Of a stretch of 64,000 bases of DNA, positions 1-7,388 are shown piece after piece. The notes under the pieces are model-generated. The model ran no database searches. It was given only the letters and a program-made list of their open reading frames with translations, and was not told the origin of the DNA. Source of the DNA: a phage; the sequence record PZ452610.1. One strand, 5' to 3'. Each line of letters begins with the position of its first letter. Within the stretch, counting starts at the first letter, position 1. The translations under genes and the position numbers were made by a program.

Positions 1-53
1 AGTGATACAAATATTGTTAAAAGACCAATTCGGTTGGTTTCGCCTAATTTCAT
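1..53 (-). CDS. hypothetical protein, N-terminal fragment (gene runs off window start)
   Basis: ATG at 53..51 (MKLGETNRIGLL...) with GAGGAG RBS and early promoter cassette upstream; continues past position 1. Confidence 0.35.
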   Translation of the reverse strand, partial: MKLGETNRIGLLTIFVS

Positions 54-73
54 AATATTCTCCTCATGTTTTA

Positions 74-110
74 ATAGGACTACTATAACATAGTCCTATC
101 AGTTTGTACA
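74..110 (-). promoter_or_regulatory. early-type promoter with palindromic stem-loop (PeSL-like cassette)
   Basis: Inverted repeat TAGGACTA/TAGTCCTA around minus-sense TATAGT -10, -35-like GTACAA ~17 nt upstream. Confidence 0.5.
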
Positions 111-111
111 C

Positions 112-312
112 TTATTTTGACATTTCTTCGATATCACGACGATACCCGTCACGAACTTCACGAAGAGCTTCAAGGCCACACATAGGCTCGATGCCAGTAA
201 TGTGAACTTGATTAATCTGATACTCTACATCTTCTAACTGAGCGAAAATGTAACGACGTTCTGCTGCACAGCCAGGTTTAGCTTTACCGAAACGTTTATT
301 CAAAGTAGTCAT
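112..312 (-). CDS. hypothetical small early protein
   Basis: ORF 112..333; preferred start ATG 312 (MTTLNKRF...) preceded by GGAG RBS; same leader/ATG ACT start as ORFs at 4923 and 41355. Confidence 0.5.
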   Translation of the reverse strand: MTTLNKRFGKAKPGCAAERRYIFAQLEDVEYQINQVHITGIEPMCGLEALREVRDGYRRDIEEMSK

Positions 313-343
313 TTTGTATCTCCATTCACTCATTTGTTTTGAT

Positions 344-379
344 AGGTCTATAGTATCAACAACTACAGACCTTGTAAAC
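344..379 (-). promoter_or_regulatory. early-type promoter cassette
   Basis: plus gtaaac (minus GTTTAC -35) and tctatagta (-10 region) upstream of ORF 112..312. Confidence 0.45.
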
Positions 380-391
380 AGTTTGGTGAAA

Positions 392-1348
392 TTATTTGAA
401 AGGTTTTACCATATGAAAATTTTGTTTGAAACGCTTGACGTAATCGTCGTGTCCTAAGCTTTGATACATACTTACTACTTTGCCATAGTTCTCCCAGGCA
501 TACTCACGGAACCAGCCTGATGTGATTGAAGTACAGACCTTTTCTAATGCCATCATAAAACTATCACGAGGATGGATTTCAAAGCCATTAGGAATCTGAG
601 AACGTTCTAACGCTAGTACACATGTTTCTTCATATACACCGGCCAATTTGACCATTTCCGGAAGTGATTCAAACTTCTCGCGTGAGGTCATTACTTCAGA
701 ACCGTCTTTCATATAAAACGTATAAGCCGGACGGTCTGTTAGTGCAATGGCTTCATGAATAGTATCATGGTCATATGTATAGATGTCATCTTTAAAGAAC
801 GCACTTTTAGAAGTGTCAAGAACCGGGTGAGCATAGTTCAAGGTTTCTTTCTGGCGTTTCAGCATAATTTCAGTAAGTTCATCGTTAAGTGTAACACCTT
901 TACCACGAAGATACTGAATATGGTTCATAGTCTTTAAAAAGAATGGATTATTTTTCTTGAAACGATGAGACATCTTAATTGCAAGACATATCTCAGGAGT
1001 TGCCCAGTAAAACCCGTTCAAACGGTCTTTAGTCAAATTTTTCTTGGCGTATTTTAAAAGGTCATAAGAAGACGTGAAATCTTCAGGAGTGAGTTCACCG
1101 ACTAATTCACGGACATTAGTGATTGCCGGAACAATATATGCTTCAAAATGAGTTTCGCGTCCATTATGGAAGCATTTGAAAACTTGGACATCAGGGTTAT
1201 CTTGGTGAACATATACACCCATCATTTGATTTTTGAATGCATTCCAAGAACCTTGGTCCGCAATAAAGTCCCAATCACTATTTTTAATAGCGCTAGAATC
1301 AATAAGACCGTGATAGTGAAGTGCACGAGAACCAATAACTAACATCAT
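392..1348 (-). CDS. hypothetical protein, possible nucleotidyltransferase-fold N-terminus
   Basis: 318 aa ORF, ATG ATG start with GAGGAA RBS; N-terminal GS...SDWD arrangement loosely resembles Pol-beta-type NTase motif (weak, from inspection only). Confidence 0.6.
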   Translation of the reverse strand: MMLVIGSRALHYHGLIDSSAIKNSDWDFIADQGSWNAFKNQMMGVYVHQDNPDVQVFKCFHNGRETHFEAYIVPAITNVRELVGELTPEDFTSSYDLLKYAKKNLTKDRLNGFYWATPEICLAIKMSHRFKKNNPFFLKTMNHIQYLRGKGVTLNDELTEIMLKRQKETLNYAHPVLDTSKSAFFKDDIYTYDHDTIHEAIALTDRPAYTFYMKDGSEVMTSREKFESLPEMVKLAGVYEETCVLALERSQIPNGFEIHPRDSFMMALEKVCTSITSGWFREYAWENYGKVVSMYQSLGHDDYVKRFKQNFHMVKPFK

Positions 1349-1376
1349 AATATTTTCCTCGGATTAATTCATTAAC

Positions 1377-1616
1377 TTAAATTTCACGACATGCGATATT
1401 ATATTCATCCCAGAGGTCATCATGTGAAGCCTCTACCAATGGAACGATTGTACCGTTTATGTCTTCATTATAAGGGCAAATTGTACAGTGCGCATCTTCG
1501 AATCGGATGCCTTTGTGTTCAGATTTTTTATAACGCATATCGAATATCTTTGCAAACTTTTCACGAGTAATGGTTTTACCAACCACTTTGGTTCCGATAC
1601 TTTCGTAATAAATCAT
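1377..1616 (-). CDS. hypothetical protein
   Basis: 79 aa ORF immediately downstream of early promoter cassette 1636..1674; Cys-containing (CTICPY). Confidence 0.5.
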   Translation of the reverse strand: MIYYESIGTKVVGKTITREKFAKIFDMRYKKSEHKGIRFEDAHCTICPYNEDINGTIVPLVEASHDDLWDEYNIACREI

Positions 1617-1635
1617 TGTGGACTCTATTTGTTTT

Positions 1636-1674
1636 GATAGGACTACTATAACATAGCCCTATCTTGTTGTAAAC
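1636..1674 (-). promoter_or_regulatory. early-type promoter with palindromic stem-loop (PeSL-like)
   Basis: gataggactactataacatagccctatc palindrome plus gtaaac (-35 GTTTAC on minus). Confidence 0.5.
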
Positions 1675-1678
1675 TGTT

Positions 1679-1876
1679 TTAGCAAGAATAACTAGATGAT
1701 ACCCAGCCTTGAACAGTGATACTATTGTGGGATAATGAGATCGCGTCCTGGAGATTCAGACCTGCGTTATCTTCAATCCATAATGTAACTTCTTCGCGTT
1801 CTTCTGTTGCAATTTGGAACAGGTTTTCCAGAGCAGCTACTGCCGTACGTACAGCACAATCTAATTCGCGAGACAT
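1679..1876 (-). CDS. small protein with conserved C-terminal GWVSSSYSC tail (family member 3)
   Basis: 65 aa; ATG at 1876 preceded by TAAGGAA; C-terminus shared with the two upstream ORFs. Confidence 0.6.
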   Translation of the reverse strand: MSRELDCAVRTAVAALENLFQIATEEREEVTLWIEDNAGLNLQDAISLSHNSITVQGWVSSSYSC

Positions 1877-1885
1877 ATTGTTTCC

Positions 1886-2158
1886 TTAGCAAGTGTGAGA
1901 AGATGCGACCCAACCACCAGTTTCGAGGCTCAGGTTGTAGTCGTATTGGTAAACGTCAGCCCATTCAGCATAACCGTTTTTTGTACAACGTTCAAGATCG
2001 GCTTTAAGATGTCCGGGTGAATGATAGGTTCCACCCATACCATAAGCTGGGTACAAGTTGAATGTTGTGTTTTGTTTATCAGCAATTTCTTTGGCAGCCT
2101 CAATAGCTGCATAGATTTTTGCTACAGCTTCAGCCAGTTCGGTTTGTTCTTTAGACAT
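1886..2158 (-). CDS. small protein with conserved C-terminal GWVASSHTC tail (family member 2)
   Basis: 90 aa; ATG at 2158 preceded by TAAGGAA; translationally coupled to neighbours. Confidence 0.6.
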   Translation of the reverse strand: MSKEQTELAEAVAKIYAAIEAAKEIADKQNTTFNLYPAYGMGGTYHSPGHLKADLERCTKNGYAEWADVYQYDYNLSLETGGWVASSHTC

Positions 2159-2167
2159 AATGATTCC

Positions 2168-2473
2168 TTAGCACAACGCAGAAGACGAAACCCAAGCACC
2201 TTCAGTAATAACGTAACCATTACCTTCACGCTTAACATCACCACCATTATTTTCAATTTCATTTTTCATCCACTGGGATACGATTTCACCCTTAGGATAA
2301 TAAGTACGACCGCTACCATAATCACCTACAGAAAATGATACGGCATATTGGTCTGCGATCTTTGTTGCTTCTTCTTCGATGCGTTCAGCTTGATTCAGAA
2401 GTTTATAAATTGCATCTGAAGCGGATTTGGCATCATTAAACTCTGGTACTTTAATTTCAATAATCTTACTCAT
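2168..2473 (-). CDS. small protein with conserved C-terminal AWVSSSALC tail (family member 1)
   Basis: 101 aa; start overlaps stop of upstream ORF (ATGA); shares GxxYxPxG and C-terminal tail with paralogs. Confidence 0.6.
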   Translation of the reverse strand: MSKIIEIKVPEFNDAKSASDAIYKLLNQAERIEEEATKIADQYAVSFSVGDYGSGRTYYPKGEIVSQWMKNEIENNGGDVKREGNGYVITEGAWVSSSALC

Positions 2474-2829
2474 TTTCTACATTCCTTAATAAAGTTTTCG
2501 ATTGTTTCATTTTCACGTTTAGCTAGGAGTTCATTATAACTAATCATTTGAGAAGCGTAAACCTTTTTATTTTTCTTGTTATGGTTTATAAAATCGTAGT
2601 AAAAATAGACTACAGTACAAAATGATGCGATGGATGCAAAGGCTTGGGTATACCGTAAGTCCTGCCATTGGTCTGTGAATCCGCCAGTGTTCCCTATAAA
2701 TCCTAACACAACGCCGTCAATAAGAAATCCAACTAATCCAAAGGCAAATCCCATGCCAATACTCATAATAAAAATTAGAATGTTCTCACCAAGAGAAGGC
2801 CATACGGTTAAGAGTTGAGGCTTTTGCAT
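2470..2829 (-). CDS. putative small membrane protein
   Basis: 119 aa with long hydrophobic stretch (IFIMSIGMGFAFGLVGFLIDGVVLGFIG). Confidence 0.55.
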   Translation of the reverse strand: MQKPQLLTVWPSLGENILIFIMSIGMGFAFGLVGFLIDGVVLGFIGNTGGFTDQWQDLRYTQAFASIASFCTVVYFYYDFINHNKKNKKVYASQMISYNELLAKRENETIENFIKECRK

Positions 2830-3023
2830 CTTATTTCCTTAACGAATTCCATAGCTTCTTCATATTCATACTTTTTAACAGCTTCATCATACTGAGCTTG
2901 GGCTTTTGCGCACTGAACTTTCCATTCTCTTAATCGGGCTCTGTGATGACGTCCTTGGTACCAATATCCCATCCAGTTAATAGGCATTAATAAAAACGGT
3001 ACAATAAGTGGTGCGACGAACAT
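2808..3023 (-). CDS. putative small membrane protein
   Basis: 71 aa, N-terminal hydrophobic helix (FVAPLIVPFLLMPINWMGYW) then charged tail; weak RBS. Confidence 0.45.
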   Translation of the reverse strand: MFVAPLIVPFLLMPINWMGYWYQGRHHRARLREWKVQCAKAQAQYDEAVKKYEYEEAMEFVKEIRCKSLNS

Positions 3024-3064
3024 TAATGAAAATGCTGCATCAGACGATATAACTTCACTAGAAT

Positions 3065-3205
3065 CTAAAACGGCTCCCCTATAATCATAAAGATTAAAAA
3101 TGCTAAAGCTAAAATAGGGCCAAATAGTACTTCATTTGGGATTAATTTACGCTTGTATTCATATGCCCAGGGCTTAATTGGCATGTACAGGGTTGGCTTT
3201 GACAT
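3065..3205 (-). CDS. possible 46-aa membrane peptide
   Basis: ATG at 3205, hydrophobic core VLFGPILALAFLIFMIIG; overlaps 3' end of ORF 3174..3770; weak RBS. Confidence 0.25.
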   Translation of the reverse strand: MSKPTLYMPIKPWAYEYKRKLIPNEVLFGPILALAFLIFMIIGEPF

Positions 3206-3770
3206 ATTCTCTACATTCCATAATAAATTGCTCAAGGATTAAATTGTTAGTGAAATTAGGACTAACAACCATAGTTTCATAAAGCGCATCAATAGCACTT
3301 AAAGCATCAACTCTTTTAAGCAAAGGCTTGCCTTCATACATAGTTTCAGAATCGACGATTAACGTAAAGTAGTATTTTTTATTATCGACTAGAACTTCTG
3401 TATCGATATAAAACATATTAGACCTCAGAAGCTTATCTCTAAAACCATAATAATCTTCAGAGCGTTCGCTAATATATTCCCATTCGGTGTTTAAACAACA
3501 AACAGACCACGTAGGAGCAACGAAATCAGTGAATCTAATATCATGGTCTACAACTAGTTTAGCAATAGCTCCGATATCATGAATCATAATACCCGGGGCT
3601 AATAAAGATTTTCGGTTATTTGCGTATTCAGTTGTCTCATAAGAAGACGACCAGTACCATTTACGCCCGGTTGCAACATATCGTAATGAATCAACTAAAG
3701 ACGTAGGTGGATTTACCTTATCTCGGAACTCTTCGAACATTGAGTCAATATCATTATTTTGGTTTCGCAT
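3174..3770 (-). CDS. hypothetical protein
   Basis: Track ORF 3174..3791 starts at TTG; preferred ATG 3770 (MRNQNND...) with AGGAG RBS directly after terminator hairpin. Confidence 0.6.
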   Translation of the reverse strand: MRNQNNDIDSMFEEFRDKVNPPTSLVDSLRYVATGRKWYWSSSYETTEYANNRKSLLAPGIMIHDIGAIAKLVVDHDIRFTDFVAPTWSVCCLNTEWEYISERSEDYYGFRDKLLRSNMFYIDTEVLVDNKKYYFTLIVDSETMYEGKPLLKRVDALSAIDALYETMVVSPNFTNNLILEQFIMECREYVKANPVHAN

Positions 3771-3789
3771 GTTAACTCCTTTATTATCC

Positions 3790-3811
3790 AAAAGGAGGAC
3801 CGGAGTCCTCC
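3790..3811 (-). terminator. rho-independent terminator hairpin
   Basis: GGAGGAC-cgga-GTCCTCC perfect hairpin; T-run on minus strand downstream. Confidence 0.6.
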
Positions 3812-3819
3812 GTATTATT

Positions 3820-4413
3820 TTATTTCAAAGAGTTAATATATTCTTGTACATCAGCAGAAGTGGTTTCGACACCGGCTGGAGTGCCATTGAATGTTTCGAC
3901 ACGAGTCAGAGTGTCTTCGATATCAACCTTAGTCAGTGCAGCAATTTCAATCACATCATCAGCCGTAGAGATACCAAGAGCATTGGCTGCTCGAGTTTCA
4001 CGAATGTATTCGAGTTTGATTGCCAGATTCTGACGAGCATCATCAAGTTCAACCACCTTACGAGCAATTTCAATTCGCATAGCGGCATAACCGTCAGCTT
4101 TTGTATTAAGTTGTTCGGCAGTTCGACGATACAGAAGACCAAGCTTAGCATGCATGGTAACATCTTGTCCTTCAGCCAGGAGCTTACGAATTTCACGTTC
4201 CTTAGAAGCGGCTTGCTTGTTCTTTTCATTAACAAGTTCGCGAATACGTTTTTCTTCATTAATAGATTTAACAGAAGCCGTTTTTAGTTCTTTGATTTGG
4301 GTAATCAACTTATCTGCGGCTGCGTTATACTGTTCTTCGACAGTCAGATTTTTAGCCATAGCAGTACCCAGTTTAGTGCGGATGAATTCAACAAGTTTCT
4401 TCAGTGTGTTCAT
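3820..4413 (-). CDS. coiled-coil protein (PspA/IM30-like appearance, unverified)
   Basis: Track start is TTG at 4428; preferred ATG 4413 (MNTLKK...); heptad-rich, highly charged sequence. Confidence 0.55.
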   Translation of the reverse strand: MNTLKKLVEFIRTKLGTAMAKNLTVEEQYNAAADKLITQIKELKTASVKSINEEKRIRELVNEKNKQAASKEREIRKLLAEGQDVTMHAKLGLLYRRTAEQLNTKADGYAAMRIEIARKVVELDDARQNLAIKLEYIRETRAANALGISTADDVIEIAALTKVDIEDTLTRVETFNGTPAGVETTSADVQEYINSLK

Positions 4414-4483
4414 ATTATTACCTTTCAATTGGTGGTTTATTATCCAACGAGAGCATTATACTCTGCTCTCAAGAGTTTGTAAA

Positions 4484-4711
4484 TTATTTTTTAATCAAAT
4501 TGACATAAAACTTGGCGTCTTCGGGGTGCATGCCTTCGCAGTATTCTTCAACCATGAACTTCTTAACAGCTTCATAAGGACCACTCAGATTAAGCTCAGT
4601 TGTCCAGAACTTGGAATCTTGTACTGAATCGATACGAACTTCAGGGTGACGGTTGCGAATAACTTCTTCTGTGTATTCATAATCAACGACATCAATACTA
4701 ACTGTAGCCAT
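4484..4711 (-). CDS. hypothetical protein
   Basis: 75 aa, ATG with GAGGAG RBS, promoter-like element 4736..4770 upstream. Confidence 0.55.
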   Translation of the reverse strand: MATVSIDVVDYEYTEEVIRNRHPEVRIDSVQDSKFWTTELNLSGPYEAVKKFMVEEYCEGMHPEDAKFYVNLIKK

Positions 4712-4735
4712 TTTGTTTCTCCTCTCGATTTAATG

Positions 4736-4770
4736 TGATTACTATAACATAAACTTACTTAGATGTAAAT
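4736..4770 (-). promoter_or_regulatory. early-type promoter
   Basis: minus-sense ATTTAC ... TATAGT upstream of ORF 4484..4711. Confidence 0.4.
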
Positions 4771-4923
4771 TATTTCAACGTCACCTTTAGCTGCTTTATA
4801 ACCTTCAGCCCAAGATACAACAGAGTTTTTATCTGAGGATTCAAATTCAGGCATTGGACTTTCACCAATATTCACACAGTATGTTTCTTCATTTTCATCG
4901 AACCAAATAATTAAAGTAGTCAT
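4759..4923 (-). CDS. hypothetical 54-aa protein
   Basis: ATG at 4923 (MTTLIIWFDENEETYC...) with AGGAG RBS inside the 47-bp cassette; below track length cutoff. Confidence 0.45.
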   Translation of the reverse strand: MTTLIIWFDENEETYCVNIGESPMPEFESSDKNSVVSWAEGYKAAKGDVEIIYI

Positions 4924-4963
4924 TTTGTTTACTCCTCTGTAGTTGATAAGTCTATAGTATCAC
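4917..4963 (-). repeat. 47-bp promoter/RBS/start cassette, identical copy at 41349..41395
   Basis: tagtcattttgtttactcctctgtagttgataagtctatagtatcac identical at both loci by direct comparison. Confidence 0.85.
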
Positions 4964-4991
4964 CATCCTTGGTGCTTGTACATCATTATTT

Positions 4992-5297
4992 TTAATTTTT
5001 CCAACTTAACAACTTGTAGTGTCCTTCATTCGTACGAGGTTTATCCCAAGAAATACTAATATATGATTCGCTATCAATAGAAGTCGCCGGGTTTTTCTCT
5101 ACCGTAAGACCTTCACTTTCCAGCCATTCAATAGTATTTGCGCATAAATCTGAAGAACACCTCATCGGAAACTGGCAAGATTTTTCACCTTTAGATGCTG
5201 CATCGTACATCTTTTCTAAAATACGCTTTTGCACGTTTTTAAAAATAGTTTCAGCAGATTCTTCAGATTTTTTATTCAGTTCAGTGTAAAGACTCAT
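4992..5297 (-). CDS. hypothetical protein
   Basis: 101 aa ORF, ATG at 5297 with GAGGAAAA RBS and cassette 5316..5354 upstream. Confidence 0.55.
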   Translation of the reverse strand: MSLYTELNKKSEESAETIFKNVQKRILEKMYDAASKGEKSCQFPMRCSSDLCANTIEWLESEGLTVEKNPATSIDSESYISISWDKPRTNEGHYKLLSWKN

Positions 5298-5315
5298 AAC
5301 ATTTTCCTCTATGGT

Positions 5316-5354
5316 TGATAAGTCTATAGTATCATGTCCTTAGAAGAAGTAAAC
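5316..5354 (-). promoter_or_regulatory. early-type promoter cassette
   Basis: ttgataagtctatagtatca shared 20-mer with cassettes at 4943 and 41376; gtaaac -35 on minus. Confidence 0.45.
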
Positions 5355-5390
5355 ATCTTTATGAAATATTTTTATGCCCTAGATACCAAA

Positions 5391-5414
5391 AGGCCCCAAC
5401 CATAAGGAAGGGGC
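5391..5414 (-). terminator. rho-independent terminator
   Basis: GGCCCC...GGGGC hairpin; minus strand followed by T-run (plus aaaa 5387..5390). Confidence 0.55.
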
Positions 5415-5420
5415 ATTCTA

Positions 5421-5885
5421 TTATTTAATTTGTTTAGCAGACCAGATACGGTCTTTAATAAGTTTTTGGATATCTTCAACATACTCAAGGCTATGAGCGT
5501 GAGGATTATCTTTGAAGCTATGTGCTCGTGCCAGTTTCTGGCCTTCTGTTTTGATTACTAAAAGCTCTTTAAGAATTGCTTCATACTTAGAAATAATTCC
5601 TTTGGCGATATTTTTTTCTTGAGCTGCTTTAGGGTCTGTTTTTGGCGCAGGTGCTTTACCTGTAGCTTTCTGGAACAATTCACCTGATGCAGCTAGGCTT
5701 TTAAAAACTCGGCTAACAGTATTAGCATTAGTAAAACCTTCGGCTTTAAAATCTCTAATAAAACGGAAACGTTCTTCATCAGAGGCGTCTTTGTAAGAAT
5801 ATTTACCTGCTTGAATTGCTGCAATCGCAGCGGCTTTTACATCTGAACTAGATTGTTCAGTCAAAAATTCAGCGTATGATTTCAT
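5421..5885 (-). CDS. putative capsid-packaged internal protein (CTS-like N-terminus)
   Basis: N-terminus MKSYAEFLTE resembles T4 internal-protein capsid targeting sequence MKTYQEFIAE with LxE cleavage site; basic 154 aa. Confidence 0.55.
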   Translation of the reverse strand: MKSYAEFLTEQSSSDVKAAAIAAIQAGKYSYKDASDEERFRFIRDFKAEGFTNANTVSRVFKSLAASGELFQKATGKAPAPKTDPKAAQEKNIAKGIISKYEAILKELLVIKTEGQKLARAHSFKDNPHAHSLEYVEDIQKLIKDRIWSAKQIK

Positions 5886-5930
5886 GTTGCTTTTCCTAAG
5901 TTAATTAACTTATCTATTTATTATTATGCC

Positions 5931-5957
5931 AAAAAGCCCCGACCTTTCGGAAGGGGC
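5931..5957 (-). terminator. rho-independent terminator
   Basis: GCCCC-gacctttcggaa-GGGGC hairpin; TTTTT on minus strand. Confidence 0.6.
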
Positions 5958-6269
5958 TAAGCCTTGCGGCAACCTTGTCGGGGTTCCACCTGCTAAGGCA
6001 AGTGTTTGTACGAAACGCCGGGATTCGAACCCGGTTATTAAGCAGTTGACGCTACTCAATATTTTTAAAAGGCCATATCTCGACCATATCCGAACGTTCC
6101 GTCAAAAACGCTACTCGGCTTACGGCAAAGATATTTCCTCGAATCGATAATTCTGTGCGCCGTTTCTGCTGTGATGTAAGGGGATATTAACAAATCGTAA
6201 AGATTTATTAAGACCAGTCCTTACTCAGGGAACATCAGTCCGACGACTTGCCGGTAGCGACCCGGCTTC
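5958..6269 (-). ncRNA. non-coding structured region with tRNA-like T-arm hairpin (possible small stable RNA or tRNA remnant)
   Basis: No credible ORF; minus-sense CCGGG-TTCGAAT-CCCGG canonical T-arm at 6016..6032 but no canonical cloverleaf; bounded by terminator. Confidence 0.3.
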
Positions 6270-6614
6270 TTATTTTGACATATCATCAATTTGCTCTCGA
6301 CGCCGACGCCATAGATTAATCGCTTCATTAACACATTCGGCGTTTGGTATATGACGGCAATAATATAATGATTCGCGTTTCTGGAACCGATGTTGCAATG
6401 GAATTTCGTTTAAAAGGTCTTTACGGTCAAAGTATTCAAAACCGGTTAACCCAGAACGGTTTTTAAGAAACTTCCAATGTCCGAATTAATTTTGAAAATA
6501 AACATAATCAGCATGTTGATATAACGAATTAATCAACCGGTCGGAAATAACTGTTTCACGTTCGTTAAAATAAAACGTTAAATCATGAACTACCAGATAA
6601 ACATTGCCTTTCAT
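6270..6614 (-). pseudogene. ORF interrupted by in-frame TAA (41 codons, stop at 6488..6486, then 72 sense codons)
   Basis: Same frame read through by eye: MKGNVYLVVHDLTF...YFQN*FGHWKFLKNRSG...DDMSK; second part has no ATG start. Confidence 0.45.
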
Positions 6615-6632
6615 ATTTTCCTCACTTAAAGT

Positions 6633-6709
<77 letters not shown>

Positions 6710-6712
6710 GAT

Positions 6713-6789
6713 TGGTGACCCAGACCAGATTCGAACTGGTAACCTTTCCCTTATGAGGGGACTGCTGCTAACCATTGAGCTACAGGGCC
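6713..6789 (-). tRNA. tRNA with CAU anticodon (Met or Ile-type)
   Basis: Canonical T-arm ACCAG-TTCGAAT-CTGGT, anticodon loop CUCAUAA, encoded CCA; acceptor and D stems have mismatches. Confidence 0.5.
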
Positions 6790-6794
6790 TAAAT

Positions 6795-6850
6795 AACTTT
6801 CTATTATGAAAGGCACTTTAGAGCACCTTTGGTAATAGAGGGTATGAATT
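6795..6850 (-). promoter_or_regulatory. sigma70-like promoter upstream of tRNA pair
   Basis: minus-sense TTACCA ... 17 nt ... CATAAT ending ~14 nt before tRNA 5' end. Confidence 0.3.
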
Positions 6851-6868
6851 AATAATAACACATAATTT

Positions 6869-7384
6869 TTAAAGCAAATCAATCATTTTAACAGTCGGCA
6901 AAACGATTTCTTCTTCAATATAAGCAAATTCAACACATTCAACTACACGCAAGAAATCATAATCATAATATTCAGAAGCATGGCCAAGAATATCAATGAG
7001 ACCTTCTGATACTAAATATCCGTTCTCACGGAACAGGTCAAATACACGTGATTCGTCTTCTTCAGATTTATTACCAAGGTCAACTTCAATATCAAAGACC
7101 TTTTTAATGAATTCTGGATAAAGATGGTCTGAGAACAGTCCTTCAACCAGATATTCGTAGATAATAAGCGAGCAATCACTGAATGGTGTATTACCACAGT
7201 AACGTTCAGCTTTAGTGCTAGAATGACTACTCTTAAATTTCTTCAAGAGATATTTAAACTGTTGGAGCTCATGCTCTTCTACACCAAATAATGTTTTGGT
7301 TTTATAGCTGTCGCCGTCATTTTCCGAAGTAGTGACATCAATTACGTAACCCTTAGGAATTGTACTACCTAAACAAATATTCAT
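6869..7384 (-). CDS. hypothetical protein
   Basis: 171 aa, ATG start; last gene of a 4-gene coupled operon. Confidence 0.55.
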   Translation of the reverse strand: MNICLGSTIPKGYVIDVTTSENDGDSYKTKTLFGVEEHELQQFKYLLKKFKSSHSSTKAERYCGNTPFSDCSLIIYEYLVEGLFSDHLYPEFIKKVFDIEVDLGNKSEEDESRVFDLFRENGYLVSEGLIDILGHASEYYDYDFLRVVECVEFAYIEEEIVLPTVKMIDLL

Positions 7385-7388
7385 TTAC

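Noticed and set aside
6016-6106. Possible third tRNA built around the TTCGAAT T-arm hairpin
   Set aside because: Acceptor pairing can be forced (CGGAACG or CGAGATA with CGTTTCG) but no D-arm or anticodon arm folds and length is ~91 nt; kept only as tRNA-like element.
755-6150. Plus-strand ORFs in the left island (755..937, 1148..1342, 1807..2007, 2021..2338, 2630..2818, 3769..4287, 4154..4627, 4297..4482, 5926..6150)
   Set aside because: All lie antisense to better-supported minus-strand genes or over the non-coding RNA region, lack RBS/promoter context and are AT-rich shadow frames.
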